Of a stretch of 64,000 nucleotides of DNA, positions 18,801 to 27,320 are shown one piece after another (the stretch's first letter is position 1; every line of letters starts with the position of its first letter). The position numbers and the translations under genes are program-made. The DNA is taken from positions 64,001 to 128,000 of the forward strand of contig JBPCLP010000047.1 in NCBI GenBank assembly GCA_051003195.1, written 5' to 3'. Below the pieces are notes generated by a model that was not told where the DNA came from, did not search any database, and saw only the letters and a list, made by a program, of their open reading frames with translations. Source of the stretch: Candidatus Sumerlaeaceae bacterium. Lineage in GTDB: Bacteria > Sumerlaeota > Sumerlaeia > Sumerlaeales > Sumerlaeaceae.

Positions 18801-21649
18801 ATTGCTATATCCACGAAATTCGTGCGGTGGGGGAGCGGCAGTACTCGTTTTTCCAGGTTGCCGCTGCCCCCATCGATCCAGTACCACGCCACCGCGTCTT
18901 TGAACTCGCTGAGGATCATCAGGCGCGCGTGATCACCGCTTTCGTAGATCGTCTTGTCGGCAATAATTTGCAGGCCCTGGTACTGCGTATACACGTCGTG
19001 CGTGTCGGGTCCCGCAACATAGAATTCGGTACCCGCGACATTGTCGCCGCCGAAGGGATCCGGCGCAATCAGCAAAAAGCGCATGCGGCCCACCTCGCCC
19101 GCGGGCACCCGCCATTGGGTTAGCAACGTGCCGCTGGCGCCGATATCCACGCGCTGCGTACTGATCGTGGTGATATCGTCTTTCTCCGCGGACGGGTTCC
19201 ACTTCAGCCTCTCGACATACAGCGTGCCGCTTGTCGCCGTTGGCTGATCATTAAGACTGTGACAGCCGAGCGTTGCCTTGGCCATGTCTCCGGGCGTGAG
19301 CAGGTAACGGTCCGTGCGAACCGAAAGACTTAGTGCTTTGCGCCCCACGATCACACTCGCACTGCCGTCAATGTTACGCCGGCTTTTATCCGTGACCGTT
19401 ACTTCAACCTGGAAATCGAACGCATCCGGGCGCCACGGGTACCACGACCCGCGACGATAAGCCTTTGCGAATGGGAAGAAGATGTTGGATGAATCGTCCT
19501 CACCTTGCGCTTGAGGTGGAATATCTGCCTGGAAGCTGACCTTGAAGGCCCCATCGGCATCCGTTGTTCCTTCACCCGTTGCCACAATGTCGCCGCTGCT
19601 GTTGTGCATGGCTCCGCGCTCCTGCGGACGTGCATCAAACCAGCCAAGGTCCTCCAGTTTTCCCCCCGTACCGCAAAACGCGCAATCCCACCATGTGGAA
19701 TAGCGGGGACGGCGCCTCACGGTGTACTTCACAGCCGCGTCGGCCACGGGCGCGCCAAAGTAATAACGCGCCGAGACGTCAGCCTGCACTTTGCCCCCAA
19801 CACGCACCACTTCCTTGCCAGCGTTCACGGTCACTTCGTACTCGGGTTTCTTGTATTCTTCGACACGGAAGTCGCCACTGCCGATGTTGGTATTACTCGC
19901 GGTCTGACGCAGATATACGCGGTATTGTCCCAGCGGCGCCGCATCGGGCAGATCAAGCTCGCCCGAAAGTGAACCAAATTCCGTCAGTTCGACCTTCTCA
20001 TGCAGCATCAAGCGTGCATTCTTTGGGTCCAGGATTTCCACGTCGTATTTGTGTTTTCGATCGAAGGAGTACTCGCCGTCTTCCCGGTCGCGAAGAATCG
20101 CGCGCCAATAGACCTTCTGCTTTGGTCGATACACCGGTCGATCCGTGTAAAAATAAACCATCGGGCCGCTGCGCTGGCTGTTCGAGTCATAGTTCCAATA
20201 ACTGTTGTCCAGGAATGCGTAATTGTTCCCCTCATGTGCGACAACAAAGAGTTCGCCGTCGGATTGCCGCGTGCTCGATCCGGTGAAATCCGCGAATCCG
20301 TTCGCGTCGCTGGTCAGGTTGGTGAACCTGGTAAACGCGCGTGTGTCGCGGTTGAACAGCCGGTGTTCATTCTTCGGCTCGCTTGCGACCTCGATCGCTG
20401 CCCCGCCCCGTGGCCGCCCCGTCTTTCCATCCACTACCCAGTACTCCTGCGCTGCTCCGCCATTGTTGGAGATAAGCACCAGGTTGCTGGACAACAGTAC
20501 ATTATGACAACTCGCACCGTTGGCTTCCGCGCGCAGCACGTACACTCCAGCTCCCGGATTGCGGAACTCAACCACAGTGGTCGTCTGCTTAAAGTCCTCA
20601 CGCTTTTTGATGCGTACGGTCTGGCTTGCGGCTGACGGACCATTGATGGTTTTGAGGTCGAATCGCGTCAGGTGCTGCGCCTTTAGCGTTCCAATCGGAT
20701 CAAATGGTATGGCGCTCAGCTTGATGTCGCCCGTGTTTCGAGCGGCGAGCGTAAAGGTAACGGGCTGATCTGGAAACACGGGTCCGATGAGATGAAACGT
20801 GATCTCGGGCCGCTTAATCTCGGCGATTGTCTGGGCCGCCTGTTTTGCCGCGTCGCTTCCCGGAAAGTTGCGCCCAACGATGCTCAACTCGTAAAGCGCT
20901 GCAACAAAGTCGAAGTGGCTTACGTAATGCTGCCCGACAATTAGCTGCGCCTGCGCCGCAGCCTCCGTTTTTGGAAATTCTTTCACCACCTGCCGCAACG
21001 CCCGCAACTGCTCTTGTTCCGCGTTTTCACCAGGCTTTACAAAATTGATGTGCTGCGCCCGACGCACATGCGCCCCGGCTATTTTTGCTTCGTCTGTGAG
21101 GGTCGAGATAAGCTTGTCGAAAAATGAAAATACATACGTCCGGTCAGGCACAGTGTATGCCGGGAGGCTGTTAAGCGCCTCGAACGCAACCTCTTCGTAA
21201 AAAGATGAAAGGTCCTCCGGTTTAAGTCGAGAGAGTATCTCGTCCGCGCGCTTGAGGTGACGCAGGGGTTCCGTTGTGGTCGGTTCACCCATCTGGTAGC
21301 CGAAAGGTGGTGCACCCGGCTGTAGTTGCCAGTGCGCACGTCCTGCCCACACGTCTGTTGCCCTGTCGCGCACTAGTTCTTTGAAGCCATCGCGCGCTTC
21401 GGGATAGCGTCCAACTTGCAGGGCACTTCGGCTGCGAAGGTAAATCGCTTCGCGCTGCTGTTCCTTTGCGAGAGTCGGCGTGCTGAGCCTGTCTATCTCT
21501 TCCAGTGCAAGCTGATAGCTCTTCTCCTGGAAAAGCCGGCGTGCAGTGGTCAGTTCACTGGAGCTCGCCCGATCGTCAACCGCAGCATGGATGCAAAAGG
21601 GGACGGCAAATAGAACACCAACCACGATAGCAGAACGCAAACAATGCAT
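15821..21649 (-). CDS. Bacterial alpha-2-macroglobulin with N-terminal TPR-like region
   Basis: YTDRPVYRP (MG2), FRVEEYKKPEYEV, VRTDFRDSMFWSP..FPDSLTTW, YPYGCTEQ thioester motif, YNVRAEIPGTF..P...YAMYFP. GGAGG RBS precedes ATG 21649. Confidence 0.95.
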   Translation of the reverse strand: MHCLRSAIVVGVLFAVPFCIHAAVDDRASSSELTTARRLFQEKSYQLALEEIDRLSTPTLAKEQQREAIYLRSRSALQVGRYPEARDGFKELVRDRATDVWAGRAHWQLQPGAPPFGYQMGEPTTTEPLRHLKRADEILSRLKPEDLSSFYEEVAFEALNSLPAYTVPDRTYVFSFFDKLISTLTDEAKIAGAHVRRAQHINFVKPGENAEQEQLRALRQVVKEFPKTEAAAQAQLIVGQHYVSHFDFVAALYELSIVGRNFPGSDAAKQAAQTIAEIKRPEITFHLIGPVFPDQPVTFTLAARNTGDIKLSAIPFDPIGTLKAQHLTRFDLKTINGPSAASQTVRIKKREDFKQTTTVVEFRNPGAGVYVLRAEANGASCHNVLLSSNLVLISNNGGAAQEYWVVDGKTGRPRGGAAIEVASEPKNEHRLFNRDTRAFTRFTNLTSDANGFADFTGSSTRQSDGELFVVAHEGNNYAFLDNSYWNYDSNSQRSGPMVYFYTDRPVYRPKQKVYWRAILRDREDGEYSFDRKHKYDVEILDPKNARLMLHEKVELTEFGSLSGELDLPDAAPLGQYRVYLRQTASNTNIGSGDFRVEEYKKPEYEVTVNAGKEVVRVGGKVQADVSARYYFGAPVADAAVKYTVRRRPRYSTWWDCAFCGTGGKLEDLGWFDARPQERGAMHNSSGDIVATGEGTTDADGAFKVSFQADIPPQAQGEDDSSNIFFPFAKAYRRGSWYPWRPDAFDFQVEVTVTDKSRRNIDGSASVIVGRKALSLSVRTDRYLLTPGDMAKATLGCHSLNDQPTATSGTLYVERLKWNPSAEKDDITTISTQRVDIGASGTLLTQWRVPAGEVGRMRFLLIAPDPFGGDNVAGTEFYVAGPDTHDVYTQYQGLQIIADKTIYESGDHARLMILSEFKDAVAWYWIDGGSGNLEKRVLPLPHRTNFVDIAITDAFAPNTQVHVVAVQNQKVIEDGLELIVPPKKRVLNVSVSGDKPDYRPGEEGDFEIVASDNLGQPVRGEFSISLFDSSILYIAPEMRVDIRRVFYGERRQLRSEIRNSMPAPAGYFETIPPDLGRFLQNEESVQVRGDRWAFSEDSEGRLAGSHRLGFAPKATLRYFSEAPAAVGPMSLGVNAVAATGLAGKDMRLELSDLKEDDSLDLFAKQKKDAPTAEAKVRTDFRDSMFWSPAIVTDEHGRAKVRVKFPDSLTTWKCAAVGTTEDTRVGNATTDTVVRKNLLARLEAPRFFRERDQVTLSAVVHNYLPEAQDVQVSLATGEQLRPGNEGATTESAGARTIRIESNGEARVDWNFDVVKPGETSVTLLALTSAESDAVEMSFPVLQHGIDKFVAWNGTTADESTTEVSVELKDEKTLITRSIELPKERITATTKLTISVNPSLAFAIRDALPYMIEYPYGCTEQTMSRFMPAAVAQHAFRELRLPPDPVSAEKLSPVIEAGLQRLRDFQHADGSWGWWRDDGANSYMSSYVMYGLTIVRQSDVKVDEGMYSRGLQQLHQLVQDQLKNQQNRKNNLIYWWPYDLHTLMFSEFVLALNQQSEPEALDFLCKNRDKLTAHGLALLARALWHTNRQEDARTVLRNMYNVAVITPENDTARWGKLHGGWYWWEEAVEATAMGLIAHLEIDPQNKLVEQSMKWLVLNRQGRKWKSTKDTAQSVLALSTYMLQRKEVVSTMDVRVWLVDDSTSGALTAPELKRFTVSPQNFWSFDGSVVLRGSEIPESASGKLRLQIEKTGTATAFYSVFAEYFTLEEHIRKAGNEIYVERTYEKLVRDPQSSATREAVAAPKDEEDVVVTPAPDGTVVAKDRYVPVHDGESLKSGDELRVTLRIKSLNDYEYLVFEDPKPAGMEPVQLQSGSTYGGGLCANMELRDQHVAFFITHLAQGEHNISYNVRAEIPGTFHTMPTTGYAMYFPPLRSNSDELILKVVDK

Positions 21650-21767
21650 CAAGACCCTCCGGCGGAAGCATTCAATTTTCCACTAAACGACCGAACTGGC
21701 TGGAGCGCGGTTTGGTGACTCTGCGAATTCAACCCGATTAAATTCTCGGGGGCCAGTCACCTGACGG

Positions 21768-22634
21768 TCAGGCAGTCCCGTCCAGCTTGCGGCGAATGCC
21801 GGCCTGGAACGAAACCGGGTGAAAGTCCAGGTCGCGCTTCGCCTCCGAGATATCGAACACCTTGTCTTCCTGCAGCCGCTCGATCTGGTCGGGTCGGAGG
21901 CGCGGCGAATTGCTCAGTTTCCCATACAGCTTCACTGCCGTGCGCGCCAGGCCAATGGGCACCGGCACCAGGATACGGCGCAGCCCCGCTTCCCTTAGGA
22001 TAGTTCGCACCATTTCCGCATAGGTAATTGGCTCCGGCCCGGCAATTGTGTATTCTTTGCCAATCGCGTGCGGACGATCCAGCGCGGCAAGGATTGCCTC
22101 CACGACGTCCCACGTGAAAATTGGCTGCCACTTCATTTTACCACCGGCCACCAGTGGATGCACCGGCCACCGACGCAGACTTGCCAGCAGATGCTGCAGG
22201 TTATTGTCCTGCTTGCCTCCGTAAATCATGCTCGCACGCAGGATCGTGTAGTCTAATCGCGACGTCCTGACCGCCTCCTCGCCGGCAATGACCTGATGTG
22301 CAGTTTCTTCCGGGAAGTTGGTGAACCGCCGCGTCGACGACATGAAAATACCGCGCTTGATATCATTCGCGTGCATTGCTGCGATCACTTGCGGCGCCAG
22401 TCGGATGTGTGTGAGTGCGATTACCGCACGGCATCCGGAAGCTGCCTCGACCGCACGCTGTGGATCCTCAAGGCTTCCCCTGAAAATCTCCACCTTGCGA
22501 CGCAGTGGCAGTTGAAGCCCCGCGGGAGCTCGAGTGAAAACTCGCAACGCCTCGTCTCGCTCGACCAGCGCTTCCACCAGTCGTCGACCGGTATGCCCCG
22601 TGCCCCCTGTAATTAAAATCGGCGAATTGTGCAG
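21768..22634 (-). CDS. NAD(P)-binding atypical SDR / epimerase-dehydratase family protein, probable CTG start
   Basis: In-frame ILITGGTGHTG Rossmann motif lies upstream of the tracked GTG (22577). No ATG/GTG/TTG occurs before the in-frame TAA at 22653-22655. GGAG lies 8 nt before CTG 22634. Confidence 0.85.
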   Translation of the reverse strand: MHNSPILITGGTGHTGRRLVEALVERDEALRVFTRAPAGLQLPLRRKVEIFRGSLEDPQRAVEAASGCRAVIALTHIRLAPQVIAAMHANDIKRGIFMSSTRRFTNFPEETAHQVIAGEEAVRTSRLDYTILRASMIYGGKQDNNLQHLLASLRRWPVHPLVAGGKMKWQPIFTWDVVEAILAALDRPHAIGKEYTIAGPEPITYAEMVRTILREAGLRRILVPVPIGLARTAVKLYGKLSNSPRLRPDQIERLQEDKVFDISEAKRDLDFHPVSFQAGIRRKLDGTA

Positions 22635-22639
22635 GTGGG

Positions 22640-23272
22640 CTACTCCACCAGCTTATGCTCAAGGGCGTAGCGAATCATTTCTGCCGTGGTCGACAGGTGG
22701 AGCTTTTCCAGAATCCGGGTGCGGTAAGTGCTGACCGTTTTGACACTCAGCGACATTTCGTCGGCTATCTGAGACATGGATTTACCGCCGGCGACAGCTC
22801 TAAGAACTTCGTATTCCCTGTTCGAAAGCGACTCGTGCGGCGCATGAACAACCTCGCCACCTACATCCGCTGCGAGTAATTCGGCCAGCGTGGGTGTGAT
22901 ATAACGCCGCCCTGAAACAACTTTTTGCAAAGCCGTGATCAGTTCATCCGGATCGCTGTCTTTTGGAATGTATCCCGCCGCGCCGCCTCGCAACGCGCGC
23001 AGTGCGTACTCGTTTTCCGCATGGATACTGCAGATAAGCACCGGCAGATCCGGGCGTTCGATCTTAATATCGGCAAGAGCTTCCAGGCCACTGCGACCCG
23101 GCATCGTGATATCCATCAGCACCACATCGGGTTTAACCTTGCGCACCTGCTCGAGCGCCTGCGCCGCGTTGCCTGCCTCCGCGGTCACTTCCATATCGGT
23201 ACTATCGGATATGATTTCCCGCAGGCCACGGCGCATGGCCGGGTGATCGTCGACAATCAAGACGCGGATCAT
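22640..23272 (-). CDS. NarL/FixJ (LuxR-HTH) response regulator
   Basis: VDDH, MDITMPG receiver domain and LSNREYEV...LSVKTVSTYR HTH. Confidence 0.96.
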   Translation of the reverse strand: MIRVLIVDDHPAMRRGLREIISDSTDMEVTAEAGNAAQALEQVRKVKPDVVLMDITMPGRSGLEALADIKIERPDLPVLICSIHAENEYALRALRGGAAGYIPKDSDPDELITALQKVVSGRRYITPTLAELLAADVGGEVVHAPHESLSNREYEVLRAVAGGKSMSQIADEMSLSVKTVSTYRTRILEKLHLSTTAEMIRYALEHKLVE

Positions 23273-24936
23273 GGCCGTTCACCGGAGTTCGAAGCAGGAG
23301 CGGCCAGCGGAAACCGGGCGTCGACGACCGTGCCATTAAGCTCAACTCCCGGGGTAGGCGTCATCTCCGGATCAAGCGAGGTAACCTTAAGGTCTCCACC
23401 CAACAGCCGGGCGCGCTCCCTCATGCCCAGAATGCCGAGCGTATGGGTGCTGTTGGATTTTGTCGTTTCGAATCCGGTGCCGTTATCCCGTACGCAGATC
23501 GTTGCGAAGCCATCCTGCTCCAAGAGGTTAACGTTCACGCGGGTGGCGTTCGCGTGCTTAGCGACATTCGTCAAGCTTTCCTGTACGATGCGGAAAATCG
23601 CGGTGCTGGTGTCGGCCGGCACCTCCAGCCGCTCCACGTTCGACGAAAAGGTTGTTTCAACTCCGGTGCGTTCCTGGAACTGCCTCGCCTGCCATTGCAG
23701 TGCTGCAACCAGTCCGAGTTCGTCCAGCATCCCCGGGCGCAAATCGCTCGCGATGCGACGAACTGCCTGCACTGCGTCATCGGCAAGGTTCCATAGCCGG
23801 TCGAAGCGCCCGATAAGCTCCGGCGGGCAGCCCGTACTCTCCAGCAGCCTCTTGCGCAGGTTTTTAATTCCAATCTTCAGTCCGGTGAGTTGTTGTCCCA
23901 GCTCGTCATGGATTTCCCGCGAGAGCCGGGCGCGCTCCTCTTCCCGGCTGCTTTCGATACGTGCTGACAACGCGCGTAATTGTTCACGAGATGCCCGCAA
24001 CTCTGATATGGCGGTGCGTCGCTCGGCCACTGCAGCCGCAAGAAACAGCCCGCTTACGCCAATCGCCAGCAGGTACACCTGCAGCAGGACAAGGCCCTCA
24101 CCTAGCGAACGATGCGCAAAGGGACCAAACCCGTGCGATGTGCCATAAATAGCGATCGCGGCAATAAGGAAGGTAGAGGTTGCCGAACCACGAGGCCCGA
24201 ATCGCAGCGCCGCCCAGATTACGAACGGGAATGGCGCAAAGCTGCCGGGATAGCTGAGATTAACGATCGCAGACTGCCCTGTGAACAGCGCCTGGCATAC
24301 CAGTACAATTATCGAAACAAGTAGAACCAACTCAAGGACGCGACGGCGCCGCCATATCGTTGTAGAACGGCGGCTCCACGTCATGATAACAGGCGCGACG
24401 ATCAGGTGGCTGATCGCGTGCCCAAACACCCGGCGCCACCACAATCCTCCGGCGTCCGGTGCAAGGCCCGGCTGCAATGCAATCATGAGCGGAACACTAC
24501 AGGAAGCATTTAGTATCGGCGCCAGGATGCCGGCGCAAAAAACAAACCCGTAGACATCGCGAACACTGGCAAACGTTCGATCCAGCTTGCCGGCTTTCAG
24601 AAACGCCCACGCACCCACCCACGCACTCAGCGTGTTGCACGCCCCAAGTGTTAGAACAGTGCTCCAATATATTTCCGGCAATTTGCCAGGCTGGTTGCCG
24701 GCGATGAACCCCGGAAAATAGCGGGCCGACACAGTGACCGCAAGCGATCCTAGAAACACGCCTGGCCAGTAACGCAGGCCAAGCACTATGAGCCCGGCAA
24801 ACGCGACACCGGCCTGTGGCCAGAGTACGCGAAAGTTCTCTTGAACAAAATCGATTTTGCGGCCGAGAATCCCGGCTGCAGCGTAAAGCGCTGCGAATAG
24901 AATCACGCGGATAATGACCAGAACTGCCAGCGACAT
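23269..24936 (-). CDS. MASE1-domain sensor histidine kinase (HisKA_3)
   Basis: Multi-TM N-terminus (WPQAGVAFA, WAALRFGPRG), EIHDELGQ H-box, QESLTNVAKHA, DNGTGF and LGILGMRERA. Confidence 0.94.
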   Translation of the reverse strand: MSLAVLVIIRVILFAALYAAAGILGRKIDFVQENFRVLWPQAGVAFAGLIVLGLRYWPGVFLGSLAVTVSARYFPGFIAGNQPGKLPEIYWSTVLTLGACNTLSAWVGAWAFLKAGKLDRTFASVRDVYGFVFCAGILAPILNASCSVPLMIALQPGLAPDAGGLWWRRVFGHAISHLIVAPVIMTWSRRSTTIWRRRRVLELVLLVSIIVLVCQALFTGQSAIVNLSYPGSFAPFPFVIWAALRFGPRGSATSTFLIAAIAIYGTSHGFGPFAHRSLGEGLVLLQVYLLAIGVSGLFLAAAVAERRTAISELRASREQLRALSARIESSREEERARLSREIHDELGQQLTGLKIGIKNLRKRLLESTGCPPELIGRFDRLWNLADDAVQAVRRIASDLRPGMLDELGLVAALQWQARQFQERTGVETTFSSNVERLEVPADTSTAIFRIVQESLTNVAKHANATRVNVNLLEQDGFATICVRDNGTGFETTKSNSTHTLGILGMRERARLLGGDLKVTSLDPEMTPTPGVELNGTVVDARFPLAAPASNSGERP

Positions 24937-24958
24937 ATCGGTTCTATTTCTCAGTAGA

Positions 24959-24987
24959 TGGACGCTTGCAATGCTGGATGTGATACT
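24959..24987 (+). promoter_or_regulatory. Putative sigma70 promoter of the DUF485-symporter operon
   Basis: TGGACG-N17-GATACT with an extended -10 TG, 40 nt before the GTG start. Confidence 0.4.
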
Positions 24988-25027
24988 GACTATCCGCTGC
25001 TTCTAATCAAGTCGGGAGGCGCACAGA

Positions 25028-25363
25028 GTGGCAGCTGAGACGAAGAGCCTGCATATTGAAGATCTAAATCACCCCCGACAATTGGCACGCCGTGTCATGC
25101 GCAGGCAACTGTGGCTGAGCATCCGTATCGCTGCAGTATTTCTGGTGCTGCTGCTGGGCCTGCCTCTGGTGAACGCATACCTGCCAAAGCTTGCCGGTTC
25201 GCGAGTACTCGGATTCACTGCTTCGTGGCTCTTCCTCGCGCTGCTCTTTTATCCGATCACGTGGTTCCTCAGCTGGTTGTTTATCCGAAATTCGAACCGG
25301 ATCGAGCATGAAATCGCAACTGAGATGCTGCGCGAAACCGCTGCGGAAGGGAAGCAGCCGTGA
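25028..25363 (+). CDS. DUF485 family small membrane protein
   Basis: Two TMs, MRRQLWLS motif, GGGAGG RBS; GTGA overlap with the following symporter, the usual DUF485-ActP pairing. Confidence 0.8.
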   Translation: MAAETKSLHIEDLNHPRQLARRVMRRQLWLSIRIAAVFLVLLLGLPLVNAYLPKLAGSRVLGFTASWLFLALLFYPITWFLSWLFIRNSNRIEHEIATEMLRETAAEGKQP

Positions 25364-27294
25364 TCCAATACATCCCTCTGTTTTTCGTCATCCTGATCGT
25401 CGTTGCGACCATCGCGCTCGGCATCTGGGCGACACGCATGTCGAAGACCGCCAGCGATTTCTTCGTCGCCGGTCGCTCCGTAAACGTGTTCTGGAATTCA
25501 TCGGCAATTTCTGGGGAGTACTTGTCTGCTGCCTCTTTTATGGGCGTTGCCGGGCTCATCATGAAGTTCGGTTACGATGCGCTCTGGTACCCGGTATGCT
25601 TCGCTGCGGGTTACCTGTTTCTGCTGCTGTTTATCGCCGGGCCACTCCGTCGATTTGGCGCATATACGATCCCGGATTTTGCCGAGGGGCGTTTTGACAG
25701 CCCCATGTTTCGTAAAGTCGCAGTTACCTTCGTGCTGTTTATCGGCTTTTTCTATACGATGCCGCAAATGAAGGGCGCCGGCATTACCATGCAGCAGATA
25801 CTTAACTGGCCCTACTGGGCTGGAATCGTGGCCGTTGGTGCCATTATCACATTCAACGTGGCGCTTGGCGGTATGAAAGGGATTACGTTCGTTCAGGCAT
25901 TCCAGTACTGGGCCAAAATGTTCGCTATCTCAGTCCCGGTTTTCGTGCTGATGTCGGTCCTTGGGGGATACCATACCGCGTTGGATCGCAATGTGCGCGC
26001 AAAGGACGAGGTTCCCCAGATGACCGGGCCTGTCACAGTCGCAGGTCCCGAGAAAGCGCCTGCCAACACCCTGGCCTTTTATGGCCCGTCCACCTTCACA
26101 TTATCGGAAGCATCCGCGCTGAAATTTAACCAGCCGATTGTCATCAATAACCGCGACGGTGTGCAGACAATCCGGATCGGTAATGAAAAATTTATTGGTG
26201 AACATCGCGGGGCGAGCGAAGTTGTGCAGCTGCCAGCCGGGACGCGTATCGATCTGAGTGCCACCGATGACGCAAACGTCAAATGGACGAAGAGTCCCTT
26301 CCCCATCAAATGCGAGTTTCAGCGCGCGACCAGACTAAATGTCGAATCCGGCGCGATACCGAACGCGCCACGAAACGGAGCATGGCTGAGCGCTTATGGT
26401 CCCTTTACGAATAAAAGCGGCTATCCGTTACTCTATACCTACTCGCTGATCATAGGGCTTATATGCGGAACCGCCGGCCTGCCGCATATTCTCGTACGAT
26501 TCTATACGAATCCCGATGGCAGATCGGCCAAGCGCACCACGCTGTGGGTCATGGTGCTCATCGGCGTTTTCTATATGTTTCCGCCAATTTGGGGAGCGCT
26601 TGGGCGCATCGCCATGCCAAATCTTTATCTCACTCCCACAGGAACCGACCGCGTCGTTATTGCTCTTCCCGGCGTGCTTCAGAGCGAACTCTGGGGTAAG
26701 ATCTGGAGTGGTATCACCAGCGCTGGCGCGTTCGCTGCATTTATGTCTACGTTCTCGGGCCTCCTCGTCAGCATGAGCGGCGCACTTGCGCACGACATCT
26801 ACGGGCGCATGCTCAAGCCCGACGCAACGCCGCAGCAGCGCGTCACAGCATTCAAGTTCGCCGCCGTACTGTTCGGCGCGATTTCCATTGGTCTTGGAAT
26901 CACCGTGGAAACGTTCGATATTTCGAAATTGGTTGGATGGGCGTTTGCCATCGCTGCCGCCAGCTACTTCCCGTTGCTCCTGATGGGAAGCTGGTGGCGA
27001 GGGCTCACGAAGTTCGGCGCCGGCTCCGGGATGCTCATCGGTGGACTGCTAAGCCTCGGTGCAATCGTAACAACCATGTTGATCGATACAAAAGTGATTA
27101 CACTCGCTCTTCATCCCCTCGCCCGGACATTGATGGAACAGCCCGCAATCTGGGGAGTGCCGCTGGCCATCATCCTGATGGTCGTAGTCAGTAAGATGAC
27201 GGCCGCTGCTATACCTGCCGACGTGGACGTAAAAATGCTACGGCTGCATGCACCCGAAGAAACAGGTTTCTCAAAGAATTATATCGAACACTAG
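25360..27294 (+). CDS. Sodium:solute symporter family, cation/acetate symporter ActP-like
   Basis: DFFVAGRS, AISGEYLSAASF, YTIPDFAEGRF, GGMKGITFVQ and GTAGLPHILVRFYTNPD motifs. Confidence 0.93.
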   Translation: MIQYIPLFFVILIVVATIALGIWATRMSKTASDFFVAGRSVNVFWNSSAISGEYLSAASFMGVAGLIMKFGYDALWYPVCFAAGYLFLLLFIAGPLRRFGAYTIPDFAEGRFDSPMFRKVAVTFVLFIGFFYTMPQMKGAGITMQQILNWPYWAGIVAVGAIITFNVALGGMKGITFVQAFQYWAKMFAISVPVFVLMSVLGGYHTALDRNVRAKDEVPQMTGPVTVAGPEKAPANTLAFYGPSTFTLSEASALKFNQPIVINNRDGVQTIRIGNEKFIGEHRGASEVVQLPAGTRIDLSATDDANVKWTKSPFPIKCEFQRATRLNVESGAIPNAPRNGAWLSAYGPFTNKSGYPLLYTYSLIIGLICGTAGLPHILVRFYTNPDGRSAKRTTLWVMVLIGVFYMFPPIWGALGRIAMPNLYLTPTGTDRVVIALPGVLQSELWGKIWSGITSAGAFAAFMSTFSGLLVSMSGALAHDIYGRMLKPDATPQQRVTAFKFAAVLFGAISIGLGITVETFDISKLVGWAFAIAAASYFPLLLMGSWWRGLTKFGAGSGMLIGGLLSLGAIVTTMLIDTKVITLALHPLARTLMEQPAIWGVPLAIILMVVVSKMTAAAIPADVDVKMLRLHAPEETGFSKNYIEH

Positions 27295-27320
27295 CCGACG
27301 GCAGTCACACCCGCAATCAC

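Noticed and set aside
22925..24148. 407-aa plus-strand ORF
   Set aside because: Antisense shadow of the kinase and regulator genes; no recognisable motifs.
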